From Malacoraja senta (Eukaryota), in assembly GCA_038087875.1 (NCBI GenBank), contig CM075999.1, forward strand, positions 1,800,001 through 1,864,000: a stretch of 64,000 nt of DNA. Direction: 5' to 3'. The translations under genes and the position numbers were made by a program. Positions 35,562-48,348 of the stretch are shown here, in pieces. A model generated the notes under the pieces. It did no database searches, had not been told where the DNA came from, and saw nothing but the letters and a program-made list of their open reading frames with translations. Position 1 is the stretch's first letter. Each line of letters opens with the position of its first letter.

Positions 35562-37189
35562 GTCTATTATTGTCTATTGTCTAAGATCCCGACTTGTGAT
35601 GAATGCCAGAAATGTGTCTTTAAATGTCGGACGACTTCTGTCTTAAATATTGGCATGTGTTCCTGCATCATATCTGCAGTGCCAGGGGAACACTGGAGAA
35701 TCATATTGGCTGGGAGTGATTGACATGAGCTATCGGGTACTGAGAAAAGCACATTGGGTTATAATGACGCTTTAACAAAATGCCCCCCAACGTACTTCAG
35801 CTCGGCAAAGGCACCCATGTCGAGTTGTGTTCGGAAACAAGCAATGTTCTTAGCTGTGGCACCTGTCACGCCTCCTGCAAAGTGCCCCAATGAAGCCAAT
35901 CCTGTACTTTTTGAAGATAGACACAAAATGCTGGAGAAACTCAGCGGGGCATGGCAGCATCTCCAGAGACTTTGTTCCTCCAGCACTTTGTTTCTTTTGA
36001 TCAAGATTCCAGCACCTGCATTCTCTTGTGTATTCACAAGACTATCGTGTGTGTAGGGAGGAACTGTAGATCAATCACTATTGCTGATTTGATCCATATC
36101 TGGTTTTGCTATTGCTGACCCGATCTGTAATCCATGTCGGGTTTCCACCATGCCGTCTTGTGGAATGCGAGCAGACGTGCTTTCAGGTTTAATCTACGAC
36201 TTTGAGCCTAGACTACCTATGGTTGTGGTTTCTGGATGTATTCTGATTAAAGACTCAGTGTCAATAGTACTTTATACAGGAAATGCAGATGCTGGTTTAC
36301 ACCGAAGATAGACACAAAATGTTGGAGTTACTCAGCGGGTCAGGCAGCATCTCTGGAGAGAAGGAATTGGTGACGTCTCGGGTGGAGACTATTCTTCCGA
36401 GGTACAGTGAAAAGCTTTTGTTGACAATAAACTAAGCTAAGCTAAACTAAACTAAACTGACTAAACTAGCACTAAACTAAATGTGTACCGAGGTACAGTG
36501 AATAGCTTTTTGTTGCATGCTAACTAGACAGCGGAAAGACTATAGATGATTACAAGCCAGACGGCCACAGTGTTACAGATACAGGATAGAGAGAATATTG
36601 TTTAGTGCAAGATGGAGCCCAGTAAATTCCAATAAAAGATAGTCCAGATCCGGGTTCGTTCCTGATTTCAGGCACTGTGTGTGTGGAGTTTGCACGCACT
36701 CCCTGTGAGCACATGGGTTTTCTCTGGGTGCTCCGGTTTCCTCCCGCGGCCAAACGATATGCAGGTCTGCAGGTTAATTGGCTTCTGCAAAATTGCTGCC
36801 GTTGTGTGGGGATGGATGCGAAAGTGGGTGAATGGGTGATCGATGGCCAGCGGGGACTCCGAGCACCGAAGAGTCTGTTCCCGTGATGTATCTTTCAATC
36901 AGTTCAATCAATCAATCAATGTGACCTTTCTCACAAGTAATCCTGATGGCTCCAACAGTAATGTACAGGGCAGATTGGTATAGAGGCCTCTACATCTACT
37001 GTCTAGATTTATCAACTGGCAGTCTAGGCTGGGACAGAGGTAAGAATTCTCCCAACTGTCTCTCAGCTCCCTTTAACACAACAGAACGATACTGACAACA
37101 TTTCACAATGATCATACTTGGTTCCAGAGATTGCTGTCAGACAGAGTTGACAATGACTTTGATGTCTTTCTGTGCCCTTATGTGTATAG

Positions 37190-38010
37190 GTAAGATAGGT
37201 GTATAGGAGGTATTGGTAGAATAGGTGTATAGGTAATATAGGTGTATAGATAGTATAGGTGTATAGGTAGTACAGGTGTATTGGTAATACAGGTGTACAG
37301 GTAGTACAGGTGTATAAGTAGCACAGGTGTATTGGTAGTACAGGTGTATTGGTAGTACAGGTGTACAGGTGTACAGGTAGTGCAGGTGTATTGGTAGTAC
37401 AGGTGTATAGGTAGTGCAGGTGTATAAGTAGCACAGGTGTACAGGTAGTGCAGGTGTATTGGTAGTACAGGTGTATTGGTAATGCAGGTGTACAGGTAGT
37501 ACAGATGTATTGGTAGTACAGGTGTACAGGTAGTACAGGTGTATTGGTAATGCAGGTGTACAGGTAGTACAGATGTATTGGTAATACAGGTGTACAGGTA
37601 GTACAGGTGTATTGGTAGTACAGGTGTACAGGTAGTACAGGTGTATTGGTAATACAGGTGTACAGGTAGTACAGGTGTATTGGTAGTACAGGTGTACAGG
37701 TAGTACAGGTGTATTGGTAATACAGGTGTACAGGTAGTACAGGTGTATTGGTAGTACAGGTGTATTGGTAGTACAGGTGTATTGGTAGTACAGGTGTATT
37801 GGTAGTACAGGTGTATTGGTAATGCAGGTGTACAGGTAGTACAGATGTATTGGTAGTACAGGTGTACAGGTAGTACAGGTGTATTGGTAGTACAGGTGTA
37901 TTGGTAGTACAGGTGTATTGGTAGTACAGGTGTATTGGTAGTACAGGTGTATTGGTAGTACAGGTGTATTGGTAGTACAGGTGTATTGGTAATAAAGGTG
38001 TCCAGGTAGC
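37190..38010. repeat. 17-bp minisatellite (~45 units)
   Basis: Units GGTAGTACAGGTGTATT / GGTAGTACAGGTGTACA; degenerate at the left edge. Confidence 0.95.
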
Positions 38011-38760
38011 ATGGGAGTTATAGGTAGTGGGGTAGTGTAGGAAGTATAGAGAGTGTAGGTGTTACCAGCAGTAGGGGTGTTTCCAGCCTAACCAGTAACA
38101 GCTTAGCTATGCTTTCGTCGATGGTATCTGTAAAACCAGAGCCTCTACCACAGACGTGGACATAACCAATGCTTGAACGACTGGAGCAACATGTTCCGTG
38201 CTTGTACAACCAGGGTGAGTAGAAACGCATTTTAATGTAGTCAGGGCTTACAAGAGAGACGGAGAGGGAAATCATATCTAAATGTGACATTGTCACCTGA
38301 TAAACATTGGCCAATGTGTCCATTGGAAACATATTTCTGTAGGAGGACCTAAAACATGTATTGGACTCCACTTACATATGGAAGGGATCTATTAGCTGGT
38401 TTTTTTTGCTGACTCCTGGAATGTTACAATAGGATCTGATCCCATTTTAACCAGAGATAGATTCGGGAAATGGGTTCAGAGTCTTGCTGTTCCATTTAAT
38501 ACTGGCAAACACCCATAACGAGTTCAATTGAATCATTACAGTGCCAGAGACCCGGGTTCGATCCTGACTGCAGATGCTGTCTGTACGGAGTTTGCACGTT
38601 CTCCCTGTGAACGTGTGGGTTTTCTCCGGGTGCTCCAGTCTCCTCCCACACTCCAAAGACGATCAGGTTGGTCGGTTCATCTGACTTGATTGAAGTCGCA
38701 GAAACTTGAATACACCCATTCCACTTGATAGTTTCACTACGCCAGGTTCTTCCCAGCTGT

Positions 38761-39398
38761 ATAGAAACATAGAAAATAGGTGCAGGAGGAGGCCGTTCGG
38801 CCCTTCGAGCCAGCACCGCCATTCACTGCGATCATGGCTGATCGTCCCCAATCAATAACCCGTGCCTGCCTTCTCCCCATATCCCTTGATTCCACCAGCC
38901 CCTGGAGCTCTATCTAACTCTCTCTTAAATCCATCCAGTGACTTGGCCTCCACTGCCCTCTGTGGCAGGGAATTCCACAAATTCACAACTCTCTGGGTGA
39001 AATTTTTTTCTCACCTCAGTCTTAAATGGCCTCCCCTTTATTCTGAGACTGTGTGGCCCCTGGTTCTGGACTCGCCCAACATTGGGAACATTTCTCCTGC
39101 ATCTAGCTTGTCCAGTCCTTTTATAATTTTATATGTTTCTATAAGATACCCCCCTCGTCCTTCTAAACTCCAGTGAATACAAGCCTAGTCTTTTCAATCT
39201 TTCCTCGCACGCCAGTCCTGCCATCCCGGGGATCAATCTCGTGAACCTACGCTGCACTGCCTCAATCACAAGGATGTCCTTCCTCAAATTAGGAGAATTA
39301 AACTGTACGCAATACTCCAGATGTGGTCTCACCAGAGCCCTGTACAACTGCAGAAGAACCTCTCTACTCCTATACTGAAATCCTCTTGTTATGAAGGC
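38761..39398 (-). mobile_element. CR1 subfamily C 3' fragment
   Basis: AFITRGFQYRSREVLLQLYRALVRPHLEYCVQF. Confidence 0.9.
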
Positions 39399-40145
39399 AA
39401 CTGAACCATCCCACCACAACCGGAGAGCGGTCCTGAACTACTATCTACCTCTTTGGTGACCCTCGGACTATCCTTGATCGGATTTAGCTGGCTTTACCTT
39501 GCTCTAAACGTTATTCCCTTATCATGTATGTTTCTGTACACTGTGGACGGCTCGATGTGTTGTCTTTCCGCTGACTGGTTAGCACACAACAAAAGCTTTC
39601 AACTGCACCCTGGTACACGCGACAATAAACTAAACTGATAAGATATTAAATTCCGTCCTGGTACCTAACCTCCTGAACACGTAATTGCTCGGAGAACTGT
39701 TGCATAGTCAGATGCGCATCATTTATAATTACATTTGTTCTCTTCCTAATTTCTAAGCATTGTCATTTTGTTGATTACAGTCATAGTTAATTCCAAGCAC
39801 CATTAAAAATCTTACACCCACATATTCAAGACTGTTGCGAAAACATTGGCTCCGCGTTCCATTACTGAACTGTAAATGGCTGCCTGAACCAACACACTCT
39901 AACTCGCATTACTCGACGGAGTTCGTTTCATTTGGGATTCACACGAGTACTTTGTTATTTATTCTTTCCTCCTCCTCCTCCTCCTCCTTCTCGCCTCGTT
40001 AACACAGTTAGTGAGTTTTCTGCCTCGTACGATCTTTGTTCCAAAACAAATATTCAATTCCACAGAATTTGCAGCATAAAATCATGAGAGGATTAGATCG
40101 GTGTATAAATTTATGAGAGGAATAGATCGGGTAGATGCACGGAGT

Positions 40146-40583
40146 CTCTTGCCCAGAGTAGGGGAATCGAGGACCAGTGGACATAGGTACTCTTGCCCAG
40201 AGTAGGTGAATCGAGGACCAGTGGACATAGGTACTCTTGCCCAGAGTAGGTGAATCGAGGACCAGTGGACATAGGTACTCTTGACCAGAGTAGGTGAATC
40301 GAGGACCAGAGGACATAGGTACTCTTGCCCAGAGTAGGTGAATCGAGGACCAGAGGACATAGGTACTCTTGTCCAGAGTAGGTGAATCGAGGACCAGAGG
40401 ACATAGGTACTCTTGCCCAGAGTAGGTGAATCGAGGACCAGTGGAAATAGGTACTCTTGCCCAGAGTAGGTGAATCGAGGACCAGTGGACATAGGTACTC
40501 TTGCCCAGAGTAGGTGAATCGAGGACCAGTGGACATAGGTACTCTTGCCCAGAGTAGGTGAATCGAGGACCAGAGGACATAGG
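40146..40583 (+). repeat. 44-bp tandem array (10 units) inside a CR1 subfamily D fragment (40083-41010)
   Basis: Unit CTCTTGCCCAGAGTAGGTGAATCGAGGACCAGTGGACATAGGTA from 40146 every 44 bp; CR1 sequence continues on both sides. Confidence 0.95.
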
Positions 40584-41418
40584 TTTAGGATGAAAGGGTA
40601 AAGATTTAATAGGAATCTGAGGGGTAACATTTCCACACAAAAGGGCGGTGGGTGTATGGAACGAGCTGCCAGAGGAGGTAGTTGCGGCTGGGACTATCGC
40701 AATGTTTAAGAAACAGTTAGACAGGTACTTGGATAGTGTAGGAAGGAACTGCAGATGCTGGTTTAAACCGAAGATAGACACAGAGTGCTGGAGTAACTCA
40801 GCGGGACAGGCAGCGTCTCTGGAGAGAAGGAATGGGTGACTTTTCGGGTCGAGATCGTTCTTCAGTACATGAACGGGACAGGTTTGGAATGATATGGGGC
40901 AAACGTGGGGCTAGTATAGAAGGGGCTTGTTGGCTGGTGTGGCCGTTGGGCTGAAGGGCCTGTTTCCACACTCTATGAGTCTGTGGCTCCATGACCCGAT
41001 GACTCCATAACTGCATGCAATATTTCATGCGACCAGGCTGTGTAAATGAGTTAAATGGAATTGCAATCTTGTCCAAGGCATCATTAAAAATCTTGCACCT
41101 GCCTACTCATATTTACAAAAACATTGGCCACGTTCCATAAACTGTTGGCAAGGAGATGGGGCAACGTTCAATGATTCTGATTCATGAAATGGCAATTCAA
41201 AGACGTGAGAATGTTAAAGTAGAAACAAAGAACGTCCAGATGCTGGTTCACACCAAAGATCGACACGGAAATGCCGGAGTAACTCAGCGGGTCAGGCAGC
41301 ATCTCTGGAGAGAAGGTACCGAACCCGAACGTCACCTCTTCCTTCTCTCCAGAGATGTTCCCTGACCCGCTGAGTTACTCCAGCACTCTGTGTCTATCTT
41401 TAGCAATAGGCTTGGAGT

Positions 41419-41446
41419 CTGAAGAAGGGTCCCGACCCGAAACGTC
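41419..41446 (+). ncRNA. Minimal hammerhead ribozyme-like motif in Penelope pLTR fragment
   Basis: CUGAAGA-A-GGGU(CCCG)ACCC-GAAA-CG-UC. Confidence 0.55.
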
Positions 41447-41754
41447 ACCCAAACCTTCTCTCCAGAGATGCTGCCTGACCCGCTGAGTTACTCCAGCACT
41501 TTTGAGGCTATTATAAGAATTTTTAACGTGGATTTATGACAGGTTATGCAAAGCAAGACTCTGGAGGAACTCATTGGGTCAGGCAGCATCTAGGGAATGG
41601 ACAATGACGTTTCGGGGTTCTTCAGACCGATGTAATGGGGAGAAAGCTGGAAAAGAGAGCTGGGGTGGGGTCAAAACCCGGTGAGTGATAGGTGGATACA
41701 GGTGAGAGGAGTTTGATTGGCAGATGGGTGGAGTAAGTGACAAAAGGCAGTTTA

Positions 41755-42090
41755 TGTGTCTCGTGTACCAAGGTCGAGCCGTCCACAGCGTACAGATACA
41801 GGATAAAGGGAATAACATTTAGCGCAAGATAAAGTCCCATTAAAGATAGTCTGAGCATCTCCAATGAGGTGGATGGCAGCTCAGGACCGCTCTCTAGTTG
41901 GTGATAGGATGGTTCAGCTGCCTGATAACAGCTGGGAAGAAACTGTCCATGAATCTGGTTTCACTTCTGTACCTGTTGCCCCATGGGAGAGGGGAGAAGA
42001 GGGAGTGTCCGGGGTGAGACTGGTCCTTGACTGTGCTGCTGGCCTTGCCGAGGCAGCGCGAGGCGTAGACGGAGTCAACGGAAGGGAGGG
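41755..42090 (-). mobile_element. Rex1/Babar LINE 3' fragment
   Basis: Reverse complement of the family at 2540-2935. Confidence 0.75.
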
Positions 42091-42517
42091 AGGGAGCCAG
42101 AGTGCTTTAGACGCTGAAGTGAACCATATTCACTTAATGTCCCTGAGAAATGATCCTGACTGTAATTCACCGCGGCAGGAAGCAGGAGTGCGGGCTGAAG
42201 CGTGATTAGTCAGCTCGCTCGCGTGAATGCCCCATTGTGGACTCTGCTGCATTTGTTTATTTCCGCAGAGATTAAGATGAAATGCTCGTACATCATTCTG
42301 AATTATTCCAACATCAAGCATTATTTCAGACTGTGGTTACCTCAGGGCCAGTTTCTGATGTGTGGAAGAAATTCTGCTGTGCCTTGACATCGGCCTCAGG
42401 TCCCAAAACCCCCCGCACGCAATACCCACATTCTTTACGGTGTTGAATAAACCAAACCCTCGCTGCAAATAAACACCGATATGATCCCTTTCCCCCACAC
42501 CGAATCACCCCGTGTTA

Positions 42518-42846
42518 AACCCCTGTCCCACTGTACGAGTTCATTCCAAGAGCTCTCCCGAGTTTGCCCTGATTCGAACTCGGAGATTTACGGTAATGGC
42601 CACTCGTCGGTACTCGGGGCTCTCGTGGACATTTTTCGTCATGTTGAAAAATCATCACGAGTCTTCCCGTGCTTACCTGCCGTTAGCGAGTCTTCCCGAG
42701 TACCTGCCGTTAGCGTTACGAGCCGCTAAGAGACGTCCCCGAGCTCCGACGTACCCGCTACGTTCATTCTCCGTGCTTACCACGAGTTTGATTTTTTTTT
42801 TAACTCGGGAGAGCTCTTGGAATGAATTCGTACAGTGGGACAGGGC
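42518..42846. mobile_element. PIF/Harbinger-like MITE (opposite orientation to 3963-4281)
   Basis: CCCTGTCCCACTGTACGAGTTCATTCCAAGAGCTCTCCCGAG TIRs; flanks TTA/TAA. Confidence 0.8.
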
Positions 42847-42972
42847 TAATACACTTGCTCATCCACCTGTCTGATTGAGAGCCGCAGCATGGATACGGAA
42901 CGCAAGGAGTCCACGCCGACCGCCCGTTTACACACCAGTTCCACGTTAATCCCACTTTCTCACCCGCTCCCT

Positions 42973-43283
42973 ACACGGTGGCGCAGCGGTAGAGTTGCTG
43001 CCTGACAGCGCTTGCAGCGTCGGACACCCGGGTTCGATCCCGACTACGGGCGCTGTCTGTACGGAGTTTGAACGTTCTCCCTCCTTCCCTTCCCCGAGAT
43101 CTTCGGTTTCCTCCCGCACTCCAAAGACGTGCAGGTGTGCAGGTACATTGGCTTGGTGTAAATGTGTAAAGATTGTCCCTCGTATGTGTTGGATAGTGTT
43201 AGTGTGCGGGGATCGCTGGTCAGTGCCAACCTGCTGGGCTGAAGGGCCTGTTTCCGCGCTGTATCTCCAAACTAAACCAAACT
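42973..43283 (+). mobile_element. HE1-like V-SINE
   Basis: Pol III boxes, central domain, tail. Confidence 0.85.
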
Positions 43284-43969
43284 AGGGAGCAATGTACAGA
43301 GGGCGAATTAATCTACAAACCCGCACGTCTTTGGGATGTGGGCAGAAATACAGGCACCCAGAGGAAACCCACGGCTGTGGAGGCCAAGTCAATGGACGTT
43401 TTTAAGGCAGGGACTGATAGATTCTCGATTAGTACGGGTGTCAGGGGAGAAGGCAGGAGAATGGGGTTAGGAGGGAGAGATAGATAAGCCATGATTGAAT
43501 GGCGGTGTAGACTTGATGGGCCGAATGGCCCAATTCTGCTCCTATCACTCATGAACTTATGAAACCTATGGACTCACAGGGAGAACACGCAAACTCCACA
43601 CAGGCAGCACCCAAGGTCAGGATCGAACCGGGGCCTCTGGCGCTGTGAGGCAGCAGCTCTACCCGCTGCGTCACCATGCCGCCCTGAATACTAATCCTTT
43701 ACATTCATCTGTAGAATGTGGACATCAACAGGGGGAAAAAAAGCATTTAGTGTCTTTCCCCTCATTGTTGGGTCCTTTTAATAACAATTTGTTTTAGCAA
43801 ACAGTTGAGGGTGAAGCGTTTTAGTCCGTTATTGGCAGACTAAGATATAATGGACAATTTCCTCTTGGTTTTTGTGAACCATCCAACAGGTCCTTTCTTG
43901 TCACCACTGATACCAGTTTTTTAATTCCAGGTTAATTAGCATCTAAATTCTCTAATTGGGGCCAGAACT

Positions 43970-44240
43970 CGTCAAGTCAAGAGTCAAGTGAGTTTATTGT
44001 CATGTGTTCCTGACAGGACAATGAAATTCTTGCTTTGCTTCAGCACCACAGAACATAGTAGACATTGACTACAAAACAGATCAGTGTGTCCATATACCAT
44101 TCTATAAATATATACACACATGAATAAATAAACTGATAAAGTGCAAATAAACAGATAATGGGGTATTAATGTTCAGAGTTTTGTCCGAGCCGAGTTTAAT
44201 AGCCTGATGGCTGTGGGGAAGTAGCTATTCCTGAACCAGG
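43970..44240 (-). mobile_element. Rex1/Babar-like LINE 3' end (third family)
   Basis: FRNSYFPTAIRLLN then UTR ending ACAATAAACTCACTTGACTCTTGACTTGAC. Confidence 0.6.
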
Positions 44241-44304
44241 GCAGCAACTTATAAAGTTGTCCATTTATGGAGAAGGAAGTGACATTAAAAGTTAAGGGCA
44301 TTAA

Positions 44305-44617
44305 GGGCGGCACGGTGGCGCAGCGGGTAGAGCTGCTGCCTCGCAGCGCCCGAGACCCGGGTTCGATCCCGACTACCTGCATGTTGCTGTCTGTATGGAG
44401 TTTATCCGTTCTCGCCGTGACCTCCCGGTTTTCTCCCGGTGCTCCGGTTTCCTCCCACACATCCCAAAGTCGTACAGGTTTGCAGGTTAATTGTAACTTG
44501 TCCCTAGTGTTGCTAGTCTTGGATCGTGCTAGTGTACGGGGTGATCGCTGGTCGGAGTGGACTCGGCGGGCCGACGGGCCAGTTTCCACGCTGCATCTCT
44601 GAAGTCTAAAGTCTAAA
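44305..44617 (+). mobile_element. HE1-like V-SINE
   Basis: Full head-to-tail copy with (AAGTCTA)n end. Confidence 0.85.
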
Positions 44618-44701
44618 AGTGTTCATTTTAAGTTTCACGATGACGTAATCTAGAACATGGAAAAGTACAGTCAAAAACAGGCCCTTCGGCCCACAATGTC
44701 C

Positions 44702-44927
44702 AGTCAAGTCAAGTCAAGTCAATTATATTTCTATAGCACATTTAAAAACAACTCTCGTTGACCAAAGTGCTTTACATCAGTGCAGGTACTAACATGCTAC
44801 ATACAGTGGTACATAGATCAACAATATATACATAAATACATACATACAGCGCTCCCTCAGAGGACCTCAAGAAAGGCTTGAGAGTAGAAATAAGTTTTAA
44901 GTCTAGACTTAAAAGAGTTGATGAAGG
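44702..44927 (-). mobile_element. L2-type LINE 3' end
   Basis: Reverse-complement homolog of 15678-15862; (AGTCA)n tail. Confidence 0.6.
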
Positions 44928-45193
44928 TGACATTAAGGGTGGCACGGTGCACATCTAGATTACACTTGGTCCATAAACCTCCATTTCCAGCATGTGCCTA
45001 TCTAAACACCTCTTGAATGCCACTAACATATCATATCTAATCTCTGAAGTAAGATTCATTTTTAACCTACATGAGATTGAGTGGGGATGGAAGAGTATCA
45101 TTTATTATTCAGCCCCTCTCCTCCTTCTTGCCCTTGATCCAATCAGCTTATTGAGCCATTTCTGTTTAGTTCAGAGATGCAGCATGGAAGATG

Positions 45194-45657
45194 CAGTCAC
45201 TCAGGCCTGGTGGGCTGGCAGCTCAGTCACTCAGGCCTGGTGGGCTGGCAGCTCAGTCACTCAGGCCTGGTGGGCTGGCAGCTCAGTCACTCAGGGTTAG
45301 TGGGCTGGCAGCTCAGTCACTCAGGGTTAGTGGGCTGGCAGCTCAGTCACTCAGGCCTGGTGGGCTGGCAGCTCAGTCACTCAGGCCTGGTGGGCTGGCA
45401 GCTCAGTCACTCAGGCCTGGTGGGCTGGCAGCTCAGTCACTCAGGCCTGGTGGGCTGGCAGCTCAGTCACTCAGGGCTAGTGGGCTGGCAGCTCAGTCAC
45501 TCAGGCCTGGTGGGCTGGCAGCTCAGTCACTCAGGCCTGGTGGGCTGGCAGCTCAAGTCCCTCAAGGCTAGTGGGCCTGCAGTTCATTAACAGCTATTCC
45601 CTGAAATTCCATTTCAAGCAGAGTGCAGGCCACTAAATTCAATTTCATAGCATTCAA
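45194..45657. repeat. 30-bp minisatellite (~12 units) plus adjacent Helitron-internal sequence
   Basis: Unit GCTCAGTCACTCAGGCCTGGTGGGCTGGCA; same unit and the same downstream sequence occur at 46582-46760. Confidence 0.9.
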
Positions 45658-46392
45658 CCCACAAGTTCAATGTTATCCCACTTTCTCATCCACTCCCTAC
45701 ACACAAGGGGTAATTTAAAGAGGGCCAATTAACCTGCAGGCCCGCACCTCTTTGCAGGTACGCTCGCAACGTTTGAGAAGCATTTTGTCAGGTACACGGA
45801 TAGGACAGGTTTAGAGGGATACGGGCCAAACGCACGCAGGCGGGACTAGAGTTGATGGGACATGTTGGTCAGTGTGGGCAAGTTGGGCCGAAGGGCCTGT
45901 TTCCACGCTGCACGATTCTAGGTGGGAGGAAACCGAAGCACCCGGAGGAAACCCACGCGGTCACGTAGAGAATGTGCAAACTCCACAAGGACAGCACCCG
46001 AGCTCGGGATGGAACTGTGAGGCAGTGGCTCTACCTGTGGCGCCACCGTGCCGTCCATTAAGGGTTAACAATGTTTGTTGAGAGGTTATAGGACGTGGTA
46101 TCACATTGTGGTTTTAATTCCCTGATTGCATCTTGGCAGAGCAGGTTAAAATGGAAAAGGCCGGTTTCATTCTTGCCGGCTCATCCAGCTCAGAAAAATC
46201 AGTACTTTCTCTAAAATACGTGATTCTAATTATAGTCTGTGAACCATAAATTGACTCTGATTCTGGAGAAGCTGGTGCTGAGGAATAGCAATGCCACTGA
46301 TCTGTGGGTCACGGATGTCATAAGTTTGCAAGTGATAGGAGCAGAATTAGGCCATTCGGCCCATCAAGTCTACCCTGCCATTTAATCGTGTA

Positions 46393-47451
46393 CTAGACTA
46401 AGTGGGACCCAAAGGCAGGTCCCCCAATGCAATATTCCCCTGACACTCGTACTAAACAATATTCCAATATTGGTGGCCAGTGGGGGGGGGGGGGCTTTCT
46501 GGAGCGCTAGTATGGGTGTTGTGGGCTGAAGGGACTGGTTTCCAGAGGGCTAGTATGGTCATTGTGGGCCGAATGGATTCTTGGGCTGGCAACTCAGTCA
46601 CTCAGGCCTGGTGGGCTGGCAGCTCAGTCACTCAGGGCTGGTGGGCTGGCAGCTCAGTCACTCAGGGCTGGTGGGCTGCCAGTTCACTCACGGACATTCC
46701 TTGAAATTCTATTTCAAGCGAGTGCAGGCCACCAAAGTCAATTTAATAGCATTTCAGGCAGAGTGCAGGCCACCAAAGTCAATTTAATAGCATTTCAGGC
46801 AGAGTGCAGGCCACCAAAATCAATTAATAGCATTTCAGGCAGAGTGCAGGCCACCAAAGTCAATTTAATAGCATTTCAGGCAGAGTGCAGGCCACCAAAT
46901 TCAATTTCATAGCATTTCAAGCAGAGTGCAGGCCACCAAATTGCCAAACAACTCATTGCATTGTCATTAAGGGCTAACAAATAATTTATTGCACGTACAT
47001 TGCAGACTCACAGTTCAGTTGATTCACAGCTTAGAATCACAGTTGTGGACTCTCCCTCGCGATCTTCCTGAGTGACTGACTCACATCCAGCCATCCGTGG
47101 TTTTATAGTCCTGCCCCCCCCCCCCTGGAAGGGGTGTTACCTTCATTATGGTGATTGACAGGCGACAGGACCAATCAGCTGATCTCAAGATTTTTTAAAC
47201 ACTCATAACTTTTTTTATTTTTCATCGATCGGAATTTTTTTTAATTTTTCATCGATCTGAAAGGCTATGAAATTGACTTTGGTGGGCCTGCACTTTTTAA
47301 TCGATCGGAAAAATCCTCGGGGCTGCCTCAGCGGAGGAGGACTGTGAGTAAGATGGCCAAAAATCATAGTGAGAAATGGTAGCGTTTTTTCTAAAATCAA
47401 TATACAACGCAGACAGGACGTGATCAAGATGAGACTATTAGTTATATATGA
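46393..47451 (-). mobile_element. Non-autonomous Helitron
   Basis: Minus strand: A|TCATATATAACTAA ... hairpin GGGACC-N8-GGTCCC, ACTTAGTCTAG|T; no TSD; splits a CR1 3'UTR; internal 30-bp and ~41-bp tandem repeats. Confidence 0.75.
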
Positions 47452-47542
47452 TCTATCTTTCCCTCCTAACCCCATTCTCCTGCCTTCATCCCGTAACCCC
47501 TGACACTCGTACTAAACAAGAATCGATCTACCTCTCCCTTAC

Positions 47543-48348
47543 ATAGATACATAGACAATAGGTGCAGGAGTAGGCCATTCGGCCCTTCGAGCCTGCACCG
47601 CCATTCAATATGATCATGGCTGATCATCCAACTCAGTATCCTGTACCTGCCTTCTCTCCATACCCCCTGATCCCTTTAGCCACGAGGGCCACATCTAACT
47701 CCCTCTTAAATATAGCCAATGAACTGGCCTCAACTACCCTCTGTGGCAGAGAATTCCAGAGATTCACCACTCTCTGTGTGAAAAAAAATGTCTCATCTCG
47801 GTCCTAAAAGACTTCCCCCTTATCCTTAAACTGTGACCCCTTGTTCTGGACTTCCCCAACATCGGGAACAATCTTCCTGCATCTAGCCTGTCCAACTCCA
47901 TAAGAATTTTGTACGTTTCTATAAGATCCCCTCTCAATCTCCTAAATTCTAGCGAGTATAAGCCAAGTCTATCCAGTCTTTCTTCATATGAAAGTCCTGA
48001 CATCCCAGGAATCAGTCTGGTGAACCTTCTCTGCACTCCCTCTATGGCTATAATGTCCTTCCTCAGATTTGGAGACCAAAACTGTACGCAATACTCCAGG
48101 TGTGGTCTCACCAAGACCCTGTACAACTGCAGTAGAACCTCCCTGCTCCTATACTCAAATCCTTTTGCTATGAAAGCCAACATACCATTCGCTTTCTTCA
48201 CTGCCTGCTGCACCTGCATGCCTACTTTCAATGACTGGTGTACCATGACACCCAGGTCTCGCTGCATCTCCCCTTTTCCTAATCGGCCACCATTTAGATA
48301 ATAGTCTGCTTTCCTGTTTTTGCCACCAAAGTGGATAACCTCACATTT
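47543..48348 (-). mobile_element. CR1 subfamily A 3' fragment
   Basis: KCEVIHFGGKNRKADYYLNG...LYRVLVRPHLEYCVQFWSP. Confidence 0.93.

Noticed and set aside
37137..38012. 291-aa Tyr/Thr/Pro-rich ORF
   Set aside because: Translation of a 17-bp minisatellite (17-aa period = 3 units); no evidence of coding function
38018..38371. 117-aa ORF or coding exon between splice-like signals
   Set aside because: Plus-strand frames between the putative acceptor and donor contain stops, and the minus-strand peptide resembles nothing I recognise
45194..45560. Possible CRISPR-like array (also 40146-40583 and 8045-8318)
   Set aside because: Head-to-tail repeats with no unique spacers, no cas genes, and eukaryotic context
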